DNA from: Armatimonadota bacterium
Lineage (GTDB): Bacteria; Armatimonadota; SYMT01
Length of the DNA stretch: 64,000 nucleotides
Direction: 5' to 3'
Assembly: GCA_041690135.1 (NCBI GenBank)
Contig: JAWLHY010000002.1
Span: forward strand, 1,200,342 to 1,264,341
Part shown: piece after piece, positions 38,039 to 49,605 of the stretch
How the letters are laid out: each line of letters starts with the position of its first letter
Numbering within the stretch: position 1 is the first letter of the stretch
Notes under the pieces: generated by a model
The model's database searches: none
Told to the model about the DNA's origin: nothing
The model's input: the letters and a program-made list of their open reading frames with translations, nothing else
Position numbers and translations under genes: made by a program

Positions 38039-39091
38039 CTACCTGCCTTCCAGCAGGCGGATCAGCGCTTCGAACTCTGCCACGCGCTCCGGGGTCATGT
38101 ACCCGGGCCTCATCTCCATGTTTGCCTGAAGCTGATCCCGGTGGTATTCCGGGGCGCTCAGTTCCCGTCCGTTGCGGACCTGAGGATCCGCTCCGCGCGC
38201 CAGCAGCAGGCGCCCCAACTCCGGATAACGCGGGCTCAGATACATCAGCGGAGTGCTGCCCGCGTCACCCTCCATCGTGTCCTGCGCGTTGGGATCGGCG
38301 CCCCGATCCAGCAGGAGACGGGCCGTTTCGATAGCGCCCCGGTTTGCCGCCCACATCAGCGGCGTGGCGCCGCGGTCGTCGCGGGCGTCCACCTCCGCCC
38401 CGCGGTCCAGCAGCGCCCGCGCGACCTCGACCAGTTCACGCATCGCCGCCAGCGAAAGGGGTGGGGTGGCTTCATCCCCCGCGGCATTCACGTCCGCGCC
38501 CCGCTCGATCAGCAGGAGCGCCGCCTCGGTGTGCCGGCCCTGGATCGCAAGGTGGAGCGGCGTGAACCCGTACCGGTCCCGGCAGTTCACCGGTTCCCCG
38601 CGGGCGAGCAGCTTTGCGATTTTGGCCGTGTCGCCCGCCTCCGCCGCCTTGAGCAGGGGGGAGTAACGCTTTCGCGGGACCTTGACCCCATCATCCACCT
38701 GCTCGGCGGTCACCTCCCCGCGCGGCTCGGTGGGGAAGAGATCGATGCGGATTCCTGTCTCGTCTGCGTACGCGTCGAACGCCCCCTCACCGAGGCCGTC
38801 GCTCCACTGCGCGCGGGTTTCCTCCACCAGCGCCGCCAGTTCCCGCGGCTTGAGTGCTCGCGGGGCGTGATACTCCGTCACTACCCGCAGACCCCCTGGC
38901 TCGGGCTTGAAGGCGATCTGCAAACTCCCACCGATGATCCCGATCTCGTCGAGCGGCGGCGTGTCCAGGTAGTTCGAGCACACGTCGTCGTCATACCGGA
39001 CACCGTCGAGTTGTCTCAGGCGTTCCGGACTGGTGATCTCGGTCCCTCCGGAGTCGAATGCGGCAGCCGGGCCGGTAATTATAATCTTCAT
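38039..39091 (-). CDS. Ankyrin repeat protein with an unknown N-terminal domain
   Basis: About five ankyrin repeats (e.g. 'GFTPLHLA', 'GATPLMWAA'); N-terminal 'QWSDGLGEG' domain. Confidence 0.88.
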   Translation of the reverse strand: MKIIITGPAAAFDSGGTEITSPERLRQLDGVRYDDDVCSNYLDTPPLDEIGIIGGSLQIAFKPEPGGLRVVTEYHAPRALKPRELAALVEETRAQWSDGLGEGAFDAYADETGIRIDLFPTEPRGEVTAEQVDDGVKVPRKRYSPLLKAAEAGDTAKIAKLLARGEPVNCRDRYGFTPLHLAIQGRHTEAALLLIERGADVNAAGDEATPPLSLAAMRELVEVARALLDRGAEVDARDDRGATPLMWAANRGAIETARLLLDRGADPNAQDTMEGDAGSTPLMYLSPRYPELGRLLLARGADPQVRNGRELSAPEYHRDQLQANMEMRPGYMTPERVAEFEALIRLLEGR

Positions 39092-39107
39092 TGCTGAACA
39101 GTCGGGG

Positions 39108-40226
39108 CTAACCCGAGATCGACACCGGCGCTCCGTCGGACCGGGCGGAGCGGAGACAGGCGTCCAGCGCGCGTTGGGTGATCAGGCTGATCCGTCCCCA
39201 GGAAGCATCCCGGCGCCCTTCCAGGACCAGCCGCGAGAAGTCCGCGAACAGAGCGGATTCTTGCGAGCCGGGCGCGTTGTTGGACGGCTCTTCCACCTGG
39301 CGGGCTTCCCGGCCGGCGTGCATATCCGCCCGGCAGCCGTCGATCTCAAAGCGGGAGCGTGTCACGGTGTACTCGGTGGCCCCGCCAGCGTAAGGCAGTA
39401 CGAAGTCGGAGAGCTGCAAAACCCCCTTCTCACCACTCACCACCGCCCACTGCGCGTGCGCCGCCGTGAACGAGCAGTAGAAGGAAGCGCTCACCCCGCC
39501 CGCAAACTCCAGCGTGCCCGAGAAGGCCAGCGGAACGGGCGGGACCTCTGCGGAAGGCTGGGCTTCGGCGTGGATCCGGCCGGTCGCGGTCAGCGGCTCG
39601 ACCTCTCCCATCGCCCAGAGGGTGAAGCGCAGGTTGTACCAGCCGAGATCGCCCAGGCAGCCCAGTGGCTCCAGCTTTCCGTGGGCCCGGATGTTGGTTT
39701 GCTCGAAGTCGGTATCCGCCAGGAAGCTGAACTGGGAGGCGATGTGGCGGATCGGGCCCACCTCCTGGTCCACCACCGCGCGAAGCTGCTGCAGGCGCTT
39801 CCCGTGCATGAACATCACGCCGTCCATGAACTGCACGCCGTGCCGCTCGCAGGCCGCGAGGATCTCTTCCACATCCCCGGCGTCGCAGCCGATCGGCTTC
39901 TCGACCAGGACGTGCTTCCCGGCCTCGGCCGCGCGGATCACCCACTCCTTGCGCAGGCCGGTCGGCAGCGGGATGTAGACCGCGTCGATGTCCGGTCGTC
40001 CCAGCAGCTCTTCGTAGCTCCCCAGCGCCTCCGGCTTTTCCGGGTGCGGCACCTGCGCCTGGCATTCATCCACAAAGGCCTGGGCCCGTGCCTGGTCGCG
40101 GCTGGCCACCGCAACGAGGACCGCGTTGCCGGCGTCGCGGATCGACTGCCAGTTCTTCCGGGCAATGAAAGCCGCGCCGAGGATACCCCAGCGGCAGGCG
40201 GGAAAGGTGGAGGTAGATGGATTCAT
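39108..40226 (-). CDS. Gfo/Idh/MocA family oxidoreductase
   Basis: 'WGILGAAFIA', 'DAVYIPLP', 'AGKHVLVEKP', 'GCLGDLGWY'. Confidence 0.92.
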   Translation of the reverse strand: MNPSTSTFPACRWGILGAAFIARKNWQSIRDAGNAVLVAVASRDQARAQAFVDECQAQVPHPEKPEALGSYEELLGRPDIDAVYIPLPTGLRKEWVIRAAEAGKHVLVEKPIGCDAGDVEEILAACERHGVQFMDGVMFMHGKRLQQLRAVVDQEVGPIRHIASQFSFLADTDFEQTNIRAHGKLEPLGCLGDLGWYNLRFTLWAMGEVEPLTATGRIHAEAQPSAEVPPVPLAFSGTLEFAGGVSASFYCSFTAAHAQWAVVSGEKGVLQLSDFVLPYAGGATEYTVTRSRFEIDGCRADMHAGREARQVEEPSNNAPGSQESALFADFSRLVLEGRRDASWGRISLITQRALDACLRSARSDGAPVSISG

Positions 40227-40526
40227 AGGGCTTGGGTGTCCTTCGGAAGGGGAAGGGCGGGGGACTGGCTCGATGACCATGATATCCTCCCGGCCGTCCA
40301 AGGGCGAAGAGCGATCCGCCGCAGCCTGCTTCGAACGCGGCGCAGTCAGTCTGCGCCGCGTTTCCTTAAGGGGGTAGCAACTACACTGACATACCGACTA
40401 TCCTATCCGGTGAGGGCGGCCCACGAGAATGCTGCTTGGATCTCCGCTTCACGCAGGCCGGGGGTAAGTCAAAAGCAGCGCGGGGGCTGCGGGGTGAGGC
40501 GCCTGCGTTACGAAACGGGGTGCTTG

Positions 40527-41972
40527 TTGAAGCCATTCATCGCAGAAGAGAATCCGGTCGTCGCCGGAAGTGAGGAACTCACCCCGTCGGCGCGGTGGGC
40601 ACTCGCCAGCCTTTCGCTGTCCATGCTGATGCCCTCGCTCGCCACCAGTATTGCGAACGCGGGATTGCCGACGCTGGCCCACGCGTTCACCGCCTCCTTT
40701 CAGGAGACCCAATGGGTTGTGCTCGCCTATCTTCTCGCGATCACCACCCTGGTCGTCAGTGTCGGGCGGCTCGGTGACCTGATCGGGCGCGGACGGCTTT
40801 TGCTGGCCGGCATCCTTCTGTTCACGGTGGCTTCGCTCCTGTGTGGCGTTGCGCCCACCCTCTGGCTGCTAAGTGCGGCCCGGGTGGCACAGGGAGTCGG
40901 CGCGGCGATTATGATGGCCCTCACGGTGGCCTTTGTTGGGGAAACGGTGCCGAAAGCAAAGACCGGCAGCGCCATGGGGCTGCTCGGAACGATGTCGGCG
41001 CTCGGCACCACGCTCGGCCCATCGCTCGGCGGCGTGCTGATCGCCGGGCTCGGCTGGCGGACCATCTTCTTCGTCAATGTGCCGCTGGGCATCCTCAGTT
41101 TCCTTCTCGCGCATCGCTACCTGCCCGCCGATCGCCCGAAGCCGAAGACGGATCGGGCGGGTTTCGACAGTGCGGGAACGTTTTTGCTCGCGCTGACGCT
41201 TGCCGCCTATGCGCTCGCCATGACGATCGGCCGCGGCCATTTCGGTCCGCTCAACATCGCTCTGCTGTTGGCCGCCGTCTGCGGAGTCGGCTGCTTCGTG
41301 CTCATCGAGTCGAGAGTTGCATCGCCGTTGATTCGGCTGGCGATGTTCCGCGATCCAGTGCTGAGTTCGAGCCTTGCGATGAGCACGCTCGTCTCGACGG
41401 TGCTGATGGCCACGCTGGTGGTCGGACCGTTCTATCTCTCCCTGGCTCTCGGGCTGAAGACGGCGCTCGTGGGGCTTGCGTTGTCGGTTGGCCCGCTGGT
41501 CGCCGCGCTGACCGGCGTGCCCTCCGGCCGTATCGTGGACCGCCTGGGCGCACCCCGCATGACCCTGGTTGGGCTCGCCGGAATAGCGGGCGGCTGTTTC
41601 GTTTTATCCATGCTGCCGATGCGATACGGTCTCGTCGGCTATCTGGCCCCCGTCGTTGTGGTGACCGCCAGCTATGCTCTGTTCCAGGCGGCCAACAACA
41701 CGGAAATCATGACGGATATTCGCCCGGACCAGCGGGGGGTAATTTCCGGTCTGCTCAATCTGTCGCGCAATCTCGGACTCATCACGGGGGCATCGGTCAT
41801 GGGCGCCGTGTTTGCGGTCGCATCGGCGACGACCGACATCACGACGGCGTCCCCCGAGGCCGCCGCCGCCGGCATGCGGATGACGTTCGCTGTTGCGGCA
41901 GTTCTGATCGTGGTCGCGATCGCTATCGCCGTTGGGAGCCGTGCTCTCTCGCGGCACCGTGCAGGTGAGTGA
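40527..41972 (+). CDS. MFS transporter (DHA2-type drug efflux)
   Basis: About 14 TM segments; motif A 'GRLGDLIGRGR'; 'LGWRTIFFVNVP'; start (TTG) uncertain. Confidence 0.88.
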   Translation: MKPFIAEENPVVAGSEELTPSARWALASLSLSMLMPSLATSIANAGLPTLAHAFTASFQETQWVVLAYLLAITTLVVSVGRLGDLIGRGRLLLAGILLFTVASLLCGVAPTLWLLSAARVAQGVGAAIMMALTVAFVGETVPKAKTGSAMGLLGTMSALGTTLGPSLGGVLIAGLGWRTIFFVNVPLGILSFLLAHRYLPADRPKPKTDRAGFDSAGTFLLALTLAAYALAMTIGRGHFGPLNIALLLAAVCGVGCFVLIESRVASPLIRLAMFRDPVLSSSLAMSTLVSTVLMATLVVGPFYLSLALGLKTALVGLALSVGPLVAALTGVPSGRIVDRLGAPRMTLVGLAGIAGGCFVLSMLPMRYGLVGYLAPVVVVTASYALFQAANNTEIMTDIRPDQRGVISGLLNLSRNLGLITGASVMGAVFAVASATTDITTASPEAAAAGMRMTFAVAAVLIVVAIAIAVGSRALSRHRAGE

Positions 41973-42062
41973 GCGTAGGCGCGGTCGCCGCTCCGGTTAG
42001 AATAAAATGGCTAACACGGCGGTTCCTCGTTTCCGTCGGTCTCGGGAGGAGAGAGGGTATTT

Positions 42063-43436
42063 ATGTCCGTCTTCCGCATCCTGCTGTGCATCGTCGCGCT
42101 GATCCCCCTCCTGCAGTCCTCGATTCCAGGCGAAGGGGCTTCGGCAGCGCGAAAGCCCAACGTTCTCGTCATTGTCGCCGACGACCTCGGCTACGCCGAC
42201 GTCGGTTTCCAGGGACTCTCGAAGGACGTCAAGACCCCCCACCTCGATTCCCTCGCCGCCGGCGGGGTGCGGTTCACCAACAGCTACGTTTCCGGCTCCC
42301 TGTGCAGCCCCACGCGCGCGGCGTTGCTTACCGGCCGGTACCAGCAGCGGTTCGGGTTCGAATACAACGACGGTCCGCAGGTACGCGATCTGTTCGGCTT
42401 ACCGGTGGATCAGGTCACGCTCCCGCAGGTACTCAAAGACGCGGGATACGCCACCGGGATGGCTGGGAAGTGGCACCTGGGCCATGGGTTGGAAAAACAC
42501 CCGACGCGGCGCGGCTTCGACACGTTCCTGGGCTTCATTGGCGGAGCCCATGCCTACAACCGGGTCGGCATGGGTCCCAACGCCGTCCAGCACGGCACCG
42601 AGCCGGTGGCGCAGGTGGAGTACCTCACCGACGCCTTCACACGCGAGGCCGTGGAGTTCCTCGACCGCCAGGCCACAGCGCGGAAGCCGTTCTTCTTCTA
42701 CCTTGCCTACAACGCCGTCCACACGCCGATGCAGGCGCCGCCCCGGTACCTGGAACGCTTTGCGGACGTTGCTGATCCGAAACGCCGCTCCCTCCTGGCC
42801 ATGCTCTCGGCGCTCGACGACGGCGTCGGCCGGGTCGTGGGCAAGCTCCGCGAGCACCGGCTGGAGGAGAACACCCTCATCTTCTTCCTGAGTGATAACG
42901 GCGCTCCAACCCAGGGCAACGGCTCGCTGAACACGCCGCTGCGGGGCGTGAAGAACACGCTCTGGGAGGGCGGCGTGCGCGTCTCGACGCTGGTGCAGTG
43001 GAAGGGCACGCTGCCGGCCGGCAAGGTTTACGAAGATCCGGTGATCCAACTCGACCTCATGCCGACGGTGCTCACCGCGGCCGGCGCGCCGGCGCCGAAG
43101 AACGTGAAGCTCGACGGCGTCGATCTCGTGCCGTTCCTCACCGGCCGCAAGAAGGGCGCCCCACACGACGCACTCTACTGGCGCTACGACGAGCAGTGGG
43201 CGATCCGTGGCGGCGACCATAAACTGGTCCGCGCCGACACGACCCGGCCGCCGATGCTGTTCGACCTCTCGAAGGACCCGGGCGAGTCCACCGACCTCGC
43301 GGCCCAGCAGCCGGAAATCGCCCGGAAGCTTCAGGCCAAATACGACCAGTGGAACCGGTCGCTCCCCGCTCCCCGCTGGCGGGACCTCGCCGAGGCCCGG
43401 GCGGGGAACCGCCGCGCCCAGGAACACTCCCCGTAG
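42063..43436 (+). CDS. Sulfatase (Cys-type, S1)
   Basis: 'PNVLVIVADDLG', 'CSPTRAALLTG', 'GKWHLG', 'LSDNG'. Confidence 0.95.
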   Translation: MSVFRILLCIVALIPLLQSSIPGEGASAARKPNVLVIVADDLGYADVGFQGLSKDVKTPHLDSLAAGGVRFTNSYVSGSLCSPTRAALLTGRYQQRFGFEYNDGPQVRDLFGLPVDQVTLPQVLKDAGYATGMAGKWHLGHGLEKHPTRRGFDTFLGFIGGAHAYNRVGMGPNAVQHGTEPVAQVEYLTDAFTREAVEFLDRQATARKPFFFYLAYNAVHTPMQAPPRYLERFADVADPKRRSLLAMLSALDDGVGRVVGKLREHRLEENTLIFFLSDNGAPTQGNGSLNTPLRGVKNTLWEGGVRVSTLVQWKGTLPAGKVYEDPVIQLDLMPTVLTAAGAPAPKNVKLDGVDLVPFLTGRKKGAPHDALYWRYDEQWAIRGGDHKLVRADTTRPPMLFDLSKDPGESTDLAAQQPEIARKLQAKYDQWNRSLPAPRWRDLAEARAGNRRAQEHSP

Positions 43437-43622
43437 CTTGATGTCGACCCTCTCTGCCGTTCGTAAAGGTTGCCGCCGTCCAGGAAGAACTGTAAGGCGA
43501 TCGTAGGACGCAGGGAACGGGTCGCTCGGGTGCGCAAAACGCGTCGGATTTGGCATCATCCAGGTAAGGGTCGCCCTGGACCACCGGAGCCGCGCCACGG
43601 CATGCGCGCAAGGAGGAAGGCT

Positions 43623-43943
43623 ATGCGCTTCTTACTGAAGGTCAACATCCCCGTGGAAGCCGGGAACGCGGCCGCGAGGGCTGGAAAGCTCGGGGAGACG
43701 ATCCAGGAGATTCTGTCGGACCTGCAGCCGGAGGCCGTCTATTTCACGGACGATAACGGCCAGCGTTCGGGCTTCATCTTCTTTGAGATGCAGGACGCTT
43801 CCCAGATTCCGTCCATCGCGGAGCCATGGATGCTCGCGTTCAATGCGAGTATCGAGCTGCACCCCGTCATGATCCCGGAAGACCTGGCCAAGGCGGGCAG
43901 CGCTTTCGAGGCGACAGTCAAGAGGTTCGCCGGAACGACTTGA
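43623..43943 (+). CDS. Small conserved protein (DUF3303/GYD-like ferredoxin fold)
   Basis: 'MRFLLKV.IP.EAGN...PEAVYF...G.R...SQIP.IAEP...PVM..EDL'; RBS AGGAAGG. Confidence 0.75.
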   Translation: MRFLLKVNIPVEAGNAAARAGKLGETIQEILSDLQPEAVYFTDDNGQRSGFIFFEMQDASQIPSIAEPWMLAFNASIELHPVMIPEDLAKAGSAFEATVKRFAGTT

Positions 43944-43979
43944 GCGCCGACGAACCGCAATGCTGGGGTTCGCGGTTAA

Positions 43980-44150
43980 GCGAAGCCACGGGGGCGGACT
44001 TCCCGTGGCTTCGCTGCTCCTCGACGACGTAGGTCTCTATCGCCGGCCAGGCACCCCTCCACCACGGCCGCGGGTACGACCGCAACAGTGGGTTCCCGAG
44101 TCGGCGCAGGTTTACGCCCGGGTACCCACGGAGTGGGTGTGGGTGCCGAC
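43980..44150. repeat. REP-like palindromes related to the 29.4-kb cluster
   Basis: Hairpin GCGAAGCCACGGG...CCCGTGGCTTCGC; 'ggtttacg' and 'tacccacggagtgggtgtggg' match 29437-29488. Confidence 0.55.
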
Positions 44151-44207
44151 TTTGTGCCTCTTCAGCGTGCGCCTTCTAGTCGCCTACTTACAAGTGCGGC
44201 TGTTGTA

Positions 44208-45566
<1,359 letters not shown>

Positions 45567-45821
45567 CTATTCACTTCTATCAAGACTGGTTTCCGCCAAG
45601 GTGTGCTACTCGAGGTCCGAAGAGCTGGCGGCCGTGCTCCCGATGCGGACATGACGGGGTTAGTGTATCGTCTACACTAACCGATTCAGTAACCGGACAG
45701 CAGAGACGACGCCACCCCGCAGCGCCAAGCTCCTCGCGTACATGGATGCAAGGAGAGAGTATTCTAAGAAGTAAGGCCGCCCCGCGGATCCGACGCGAGG
45801 CGGGGTAGACGGGGTGAGGCG

Positions 45822-46859
45822 ATGAGCCTGCAGCAGCTGTTGGGGGTTGAGCTGCCGATCATTCAGGCGCCGATGGCCGGAGTTCAGGACCATGCGCTGG
45901 CGGCGGCCGTGTCGAACGCAGGGGGTCTGGGTTCACTGCCGTGTGCGATGCTCAGCCCGGAGGCCATGCGCCAGGAACTGGCGTCCCTGGCGGCCGAGAC
46001 GAACCAGCCGTTCAACGTTAATTTCTTCTGCCACACGCCTCCCCAGCCGGACGCGGCGCGCGAGGCGGCCTGGCGTGCGGTCCTGGCGCCCTACTATGCC
46101 GAGGTCGGGGTGGATCCGTCCGCTATCCCCGAAGGGCCGGTCCGGGCACCGTTCATCCCGGAAGCCGCCGACGTCCTGGCGGAGTTCCGGCCAGCTGTGG
46201 TGAGCTTTCACTTCGGTCTTCCCGCCCCGGACCTGCTCGCCCGCGTGAAGGCCTGGGACGCGAAGGTTCTGGCCACTGCAACAACGGTGGCGGAGGCGCG
46301 ATGGTTGGAAGCTCGAGGCGTCGACGCAATCATCGCGCAGGGGCTGGAAGCCGGCGGGCACCGGGGGATGTTCCTCTCGGAAGACCTGACAACGCAGGTC
46401 GGCACCCTTGCCCTGGTACCGCAGATCGTGCGAGCGGTGAAGGTGCCGGTCATCGCCGCGGGAGGGATTGCAGACGCACGCGGCGTAGCGGCCGCGCTGG
46501 CGCTGGGTGCTGCGGGGGTGCAGGTCGGTACCGCGTACCTGCTCTGTCCGGAAGCCGCCACCACCCCCATTCACCGCGCGGCACTGAAGAGTAATGGCGC
46601 GTGCCACACCGCCGTGACGAACGTGTTCTCGGGACGACCGGCACGCGGAATCGTTAACCGCATTATCCGTGAATTGGGGCCGACCAGCCCCGATGTACCG
46701 CCGTTCCCGCTCGCCACGGCTGCGTTGGCTCCCCTGCGGGCGAAGGCGGAGAGCCAGGGGAGTGGGAACTTCTCACCCCTCTGGTCCGGTCAGAACGCCT
46801 GCGGGTGCCGGGAGATTCCCGCGTCCACGCTCACCCGTGAACTGGCCGCAGGTCTGTGA
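45822..46859 (+). CDS. Nitronate monooxygenase family flavoprotein
   Basis: 'PIIQAPMAG', 'QGLEAGGHRG', 'IAAGGIAD', 'FSGRPARG'. Confidence 0.92.
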   Translation: MSLQQLLGVELPIIQAPMAGVQDHALAAAVSNAGGLGSLPCAMLSPEAMRQELASLAAETNQPFNVNFFCHTPPQPDAAREAAWRAVLAPYYAEVGVDPSAIPEGPVRAPFIPEAADVLAEFRPAVVSFHFGLPAPDLLARVKAWDAKVLATATTVAEARWLEARGVDAIIAQGLEAGGHRGMFLSEDLTTQVGTLALVPQIVRAVKVPVIAAGGIADARGVAAALALGAAGVQVGTAYLLCPEAATTPIHRAALKSNGACHTAVTNVFSGRPARGIVNRIIRELGPTSPDVPPFPLATAALAPLRAKAESQGSGNFSPLWSGQNACGCREIPASTLTRELAAGL

Positions 46860-47061
46860 CCCAGGTTGTGCGGTTCCGATTGTCGGCCCTGTGGCTCCCG
46901 TGATGCGGGTCGCCTATTGAAGGCGATAATGCGGCAGCGTCCGCCGACATTGTCCGGACGGAGCCTGGGCCGCGTAACGCCGGTGATAAGAACGGCCGGT
47001 GCCATGCATCGCCTCGCATGGAGGGCACCGGTCGCTTGCGGCTCTGCGCTGGCAGAAAGGG

Positions 47062-48093
47062 CTATGTAGCCTGGAACAGCGTCGCGGTAACGCGGCAGGC
47101 GCCGCACCAGAAACCGTAGTCCACGCCGCCGTACTCCGCCACGGGAAAGTGCCACGCATCGAAGCCGAGTTGCACCACGAAGGTCATGCGACCACCACAG
47201 CCGAGGCAATCCGGGTGGGCCGGCTGCTGGAGCCACAGCGGCTCACCTCCCAATGCCGGCCGGAAGAACGACCCGTCGGATAGGGCATCCGGCGCGTGCC
47301 AGAGAATCCCCGAGGGCGGGCTCCCGGGCTCGGGCGAGCGGTCCTCGTCCCGATCGGCCGAAGGTCGGTTCAGGCATCCGACCCGCCCCTCGACTCGCAC
47401 AAACAGCGGCTCGTGCATCACACAGTGAAGGCAACGATAGAAGGGGAGTCCGTCGCGAGGCGCGTCCGGTGGACCTGCGTCGCGCTCCAGGCGAATGAGG
47501 ACGCCCAGCCCACGCCGGCAGTTGGGGCAGGCCGGGCCGCGCTCCCGAGGCAGCAGTTCGGTTCGGGCGTATTGGCGACCCACGTACGCGCCGTAGTTGG
47601 GCTCCGGGAACGGGGAAAGTGGGCGCCCTGCCGCGGCCCGGAGCTCGTCCGATGGCGCGGGCGAGTACCCGAGCCGGCGCAAGGTGTGGACGATCCGGGT
47701 TTCCAGCTCACTCCAGCGGCCATCCCTTGCGAGCCCTGGATCGTCCGTGAGGTGCTTCAGGAGTTCGGGATCTTGCTGGATTGCAACGATCAGGGGCAGC
47801 GCCTCTTTCAGTTCGTACGACTCGCAGAAGGCCATGGCCCGGTCGCGGACGGTACCGGCCGGGTCCGTTGCCAGCAGCTCCATTACGCGTCGCCGCAGGG
47901 GTTCGGAAGGGCGCCTGCGCAAGTTGATGAGTGCCTGAATGCCCACGCAGCGAACTTCCGGACGTGGGTCATCTAGGAAGCCGCCCAGAACCACGGAGGG
48001 GTCGCCGGGACACGAGCGGACGCGTTGGCTCCATTCGCGCCAATTTTCGCGTGGGTGCCAGTCCCAGAACTCGGGTTGCAGGAAGTCCGTCAC
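47062..48093 (-). CDS. Hypothetical protein with HEAT-like repeats and several CxxC motifs
   Basis: HEAT-like 'DDPRPEVR' and 'TDPAGTVR'; CPNC, CLHC, CLGC, CGAC; 'LGGEPLWLQ'. Confidence 0.7.
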   Translation of the reverse strand: MTDFLQPEFWDWHPRENWREWSQRVRSCPGDPSVVLGGFLDDPRPEVRCVGIQALINLRRRPSEPLRRRVMELLATDPAGTVRDRAMAFCESYELKEALPLIVAIQQDPELLKHLTDDPGLARDGRWSELETRIVHTLRRLGYSPAPSDELRAAAGRPLSPFPEPNYGAYVGRQYARTELLPRERGPACPNCRRGLGVLIRLERDAGPPDAPRDGLPFYRCLHCVMHEPLFVRVEGRVGCLNRPSADRDEDRSPEPGSPPSGILWHAPDALSDGSFFRPALGGEPLWLQQPAHPDCLGCGGRMTFVVQLGFDAWHFPVAEYGGVDYGFWCGACRVTATLFQAT

Positions 48094-48186
48094 TACCGGT
48101 CTCCTAATCTCGGGACGGAAAGGAAGGTTATTCGCGCTTGGTCCGGTAGATGTGGATCCGGGGAGCGGTGTTCGGGCGGTGTCCCG

Positions 48187-48873
48187 TCAGGCTTGGCGAG
48201 CGACCATCTCCCGGATCCAGATCGGGGCGAAGGGCGAGGTGCAGCCCTTGGAGCACGGATAGTCGCGGTAGAGACCCAGCCTCTCGCCGATAGCGAGGGC
48301 CCGCTCGCGATGCTCCGCGAAGTGGATGCCGATCTCCGCGAGGCAGAAGTTCATCGTCCACTGGGCGGGGGCGGGCGCGCTGGGCATCTCGCGCTCGATG
48401 CGATCCAGCAGGCCGCCCAGGTCCAGCCCTTCCGGAGCTTTGACGATGCGCTCGGCGGTGAGGCTCCAGCCTGCCCGCGCCACCCAGGGGTGCGCGGAGT
48501 CCATCCAGCGCTCCCGCACCGCTTCTTTGCCCGGGTGCTGCTTGACGACGTAGCTGGTGAGCCAGTCCGCGAGCTGCGGGTAGGTCACTGCCGAGGTCAT
48601 CCGCTCCAGCTCTTCCTCGGTTAGCTGCTTCGGCTTCATGATCAGGGTCGCGAGAAGCATCGCGTCGACGTTCCCCGTCGCCCACAGTTCCAGTCCCAGC
48701 TCGTGGTTGGCCTTGATCGACTTGGCCAGCGTGCGAATGTCGCCCATCTTGACCCCGAACTGGTTCTCCGGGGCGCCGTTCCGCGTGTTCATCTCGCGAA
48801 CCTTGGCGTGGCCGCAGGCTTCCAGGGCCTTCAGGACTTCCGCCACCGTCTGCGGAGGCTGCGAACTGCTCAT
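48187..48873 (-). CDS. DNA alkylation repair (AlkD-like) protein
   Basis: 'FGVKMGDIR..AK', 'QWTMNFCL..IGI', 'KGCTSPFA'. Confidence 0.88.
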   Translation of the reverse strand: MSSSQPPQTVAEVLKALEACGHAKVREMNTRNGAPENQFGVKMGDIRTLAKSIKANHELGLELWATGNVDAMLLATLIMKPKQLTEEELERMTSAVTYPQLADWLTSYVVKQHPGKEAVRERWMDSAHPWVARAGWSLTAERIVKAPEGLDLGGLLDRIEREMPSAPAPAQWTMNFCLAEIGIHFAEHRERALAIGERLGLYRDYPCSKGCTSPFAPIWIREMVARQA

Positions 48874-49205
48874 GCCGGATCTCCTTGCTCTGTTGAGGGG
48901 CTCAAGGCGCCGGGCCGTGCTGGTCGGACCTCGAGTTGTAGCGTCACCGGATCTCCCGGTCCGAGACCGAGCGCATTGCGGACGCCGTCCTTCAACGGCA
49001 CCACGTAGCTCCCCGCTTTCGGGAACAGGGAAGTCTTCCACTCGGTCGTACCGATCCGCGCCGTAACCGGGATCATGCCCCAGCCGTAGGTCACCATTCC
49101 GGACACCGCTTTCAACTCGCGACCCACTTCCTCGGGGACCGTCACGAAATGGTAAGGAGAGGGCCCACGCCAGTGCCAGACTTCGGCGGTGAAAGTAAAG
49201 GTCAT
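48870..49205 (-). CDS. DUF1905 domain-containing protein
   Basis: 'FTAEVWHWRGPSPYHFVTVP...GWGMIPV.ARIG...TSLFPK'; ATGA overlap with the next gene. Confidence 0.88.
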   Translation of the reverse strand: MTFTFTAEVWHWRGPSPYHFVTVPEEVGRELKAVSGMVTYGWGMIPVTARIGTTEWKTSLFPKAGSYVVPLKDGVRNALGLGPGDPVTLQLEVRPARPGALSPSTEQGDPA

Positions 49206-49492
49206 GGTGGCGGCTGGAAGGCTGTCCGGATCTCTTACTGCTGGCGCTCCAATGGGGGTTGCAATCGGCGATTTTAACAGCCCTCGCCAATCCACCCGTT
49301 GGTTCTTCCCTCCGCAACCTCCGTCCTCCTGGCTTGATCGAGGGCTCACTCCCGGCGACCGCCCCAATTCCGCCCTTTGGTCGGGATTGAGGCCGGAATG
49401 CTCGTCCACTGGTTGAGAAGCCCCCTGCTTGGAAGGATGCCGCCAAGGGCATATACAGACCTTGGGCACCCTGAACCAGCCGCAGCTGCGTA

Positions 49493-49605
49493 GGGAAGAA
49501 TATCGGAGCTGAACTCTGGCCGCTCGCCAAGCGCCTGTATCTCGACACAGGTCCACGAGGCTTGCCGGAGTGATCCTTATGGGCCTCCCTCCGGGAAACC
49601 GCACC
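49493..49605 (-). mobile_element. Degenerate family B MITE, copy 4
   Basis: 'caggtccacgaggcttgccggagtga...ggcctccctccgggaaaccg' matches the reverse complement of copy 3. Confidence 0.55.

Noticed and set aside
39033-41972. 979-aa apparent fusion protein
   Set aside because: The N-terminal half is the antisense of the Gfo/Idh/MocA gene; only the part from about 40527 is a real MFS transporter
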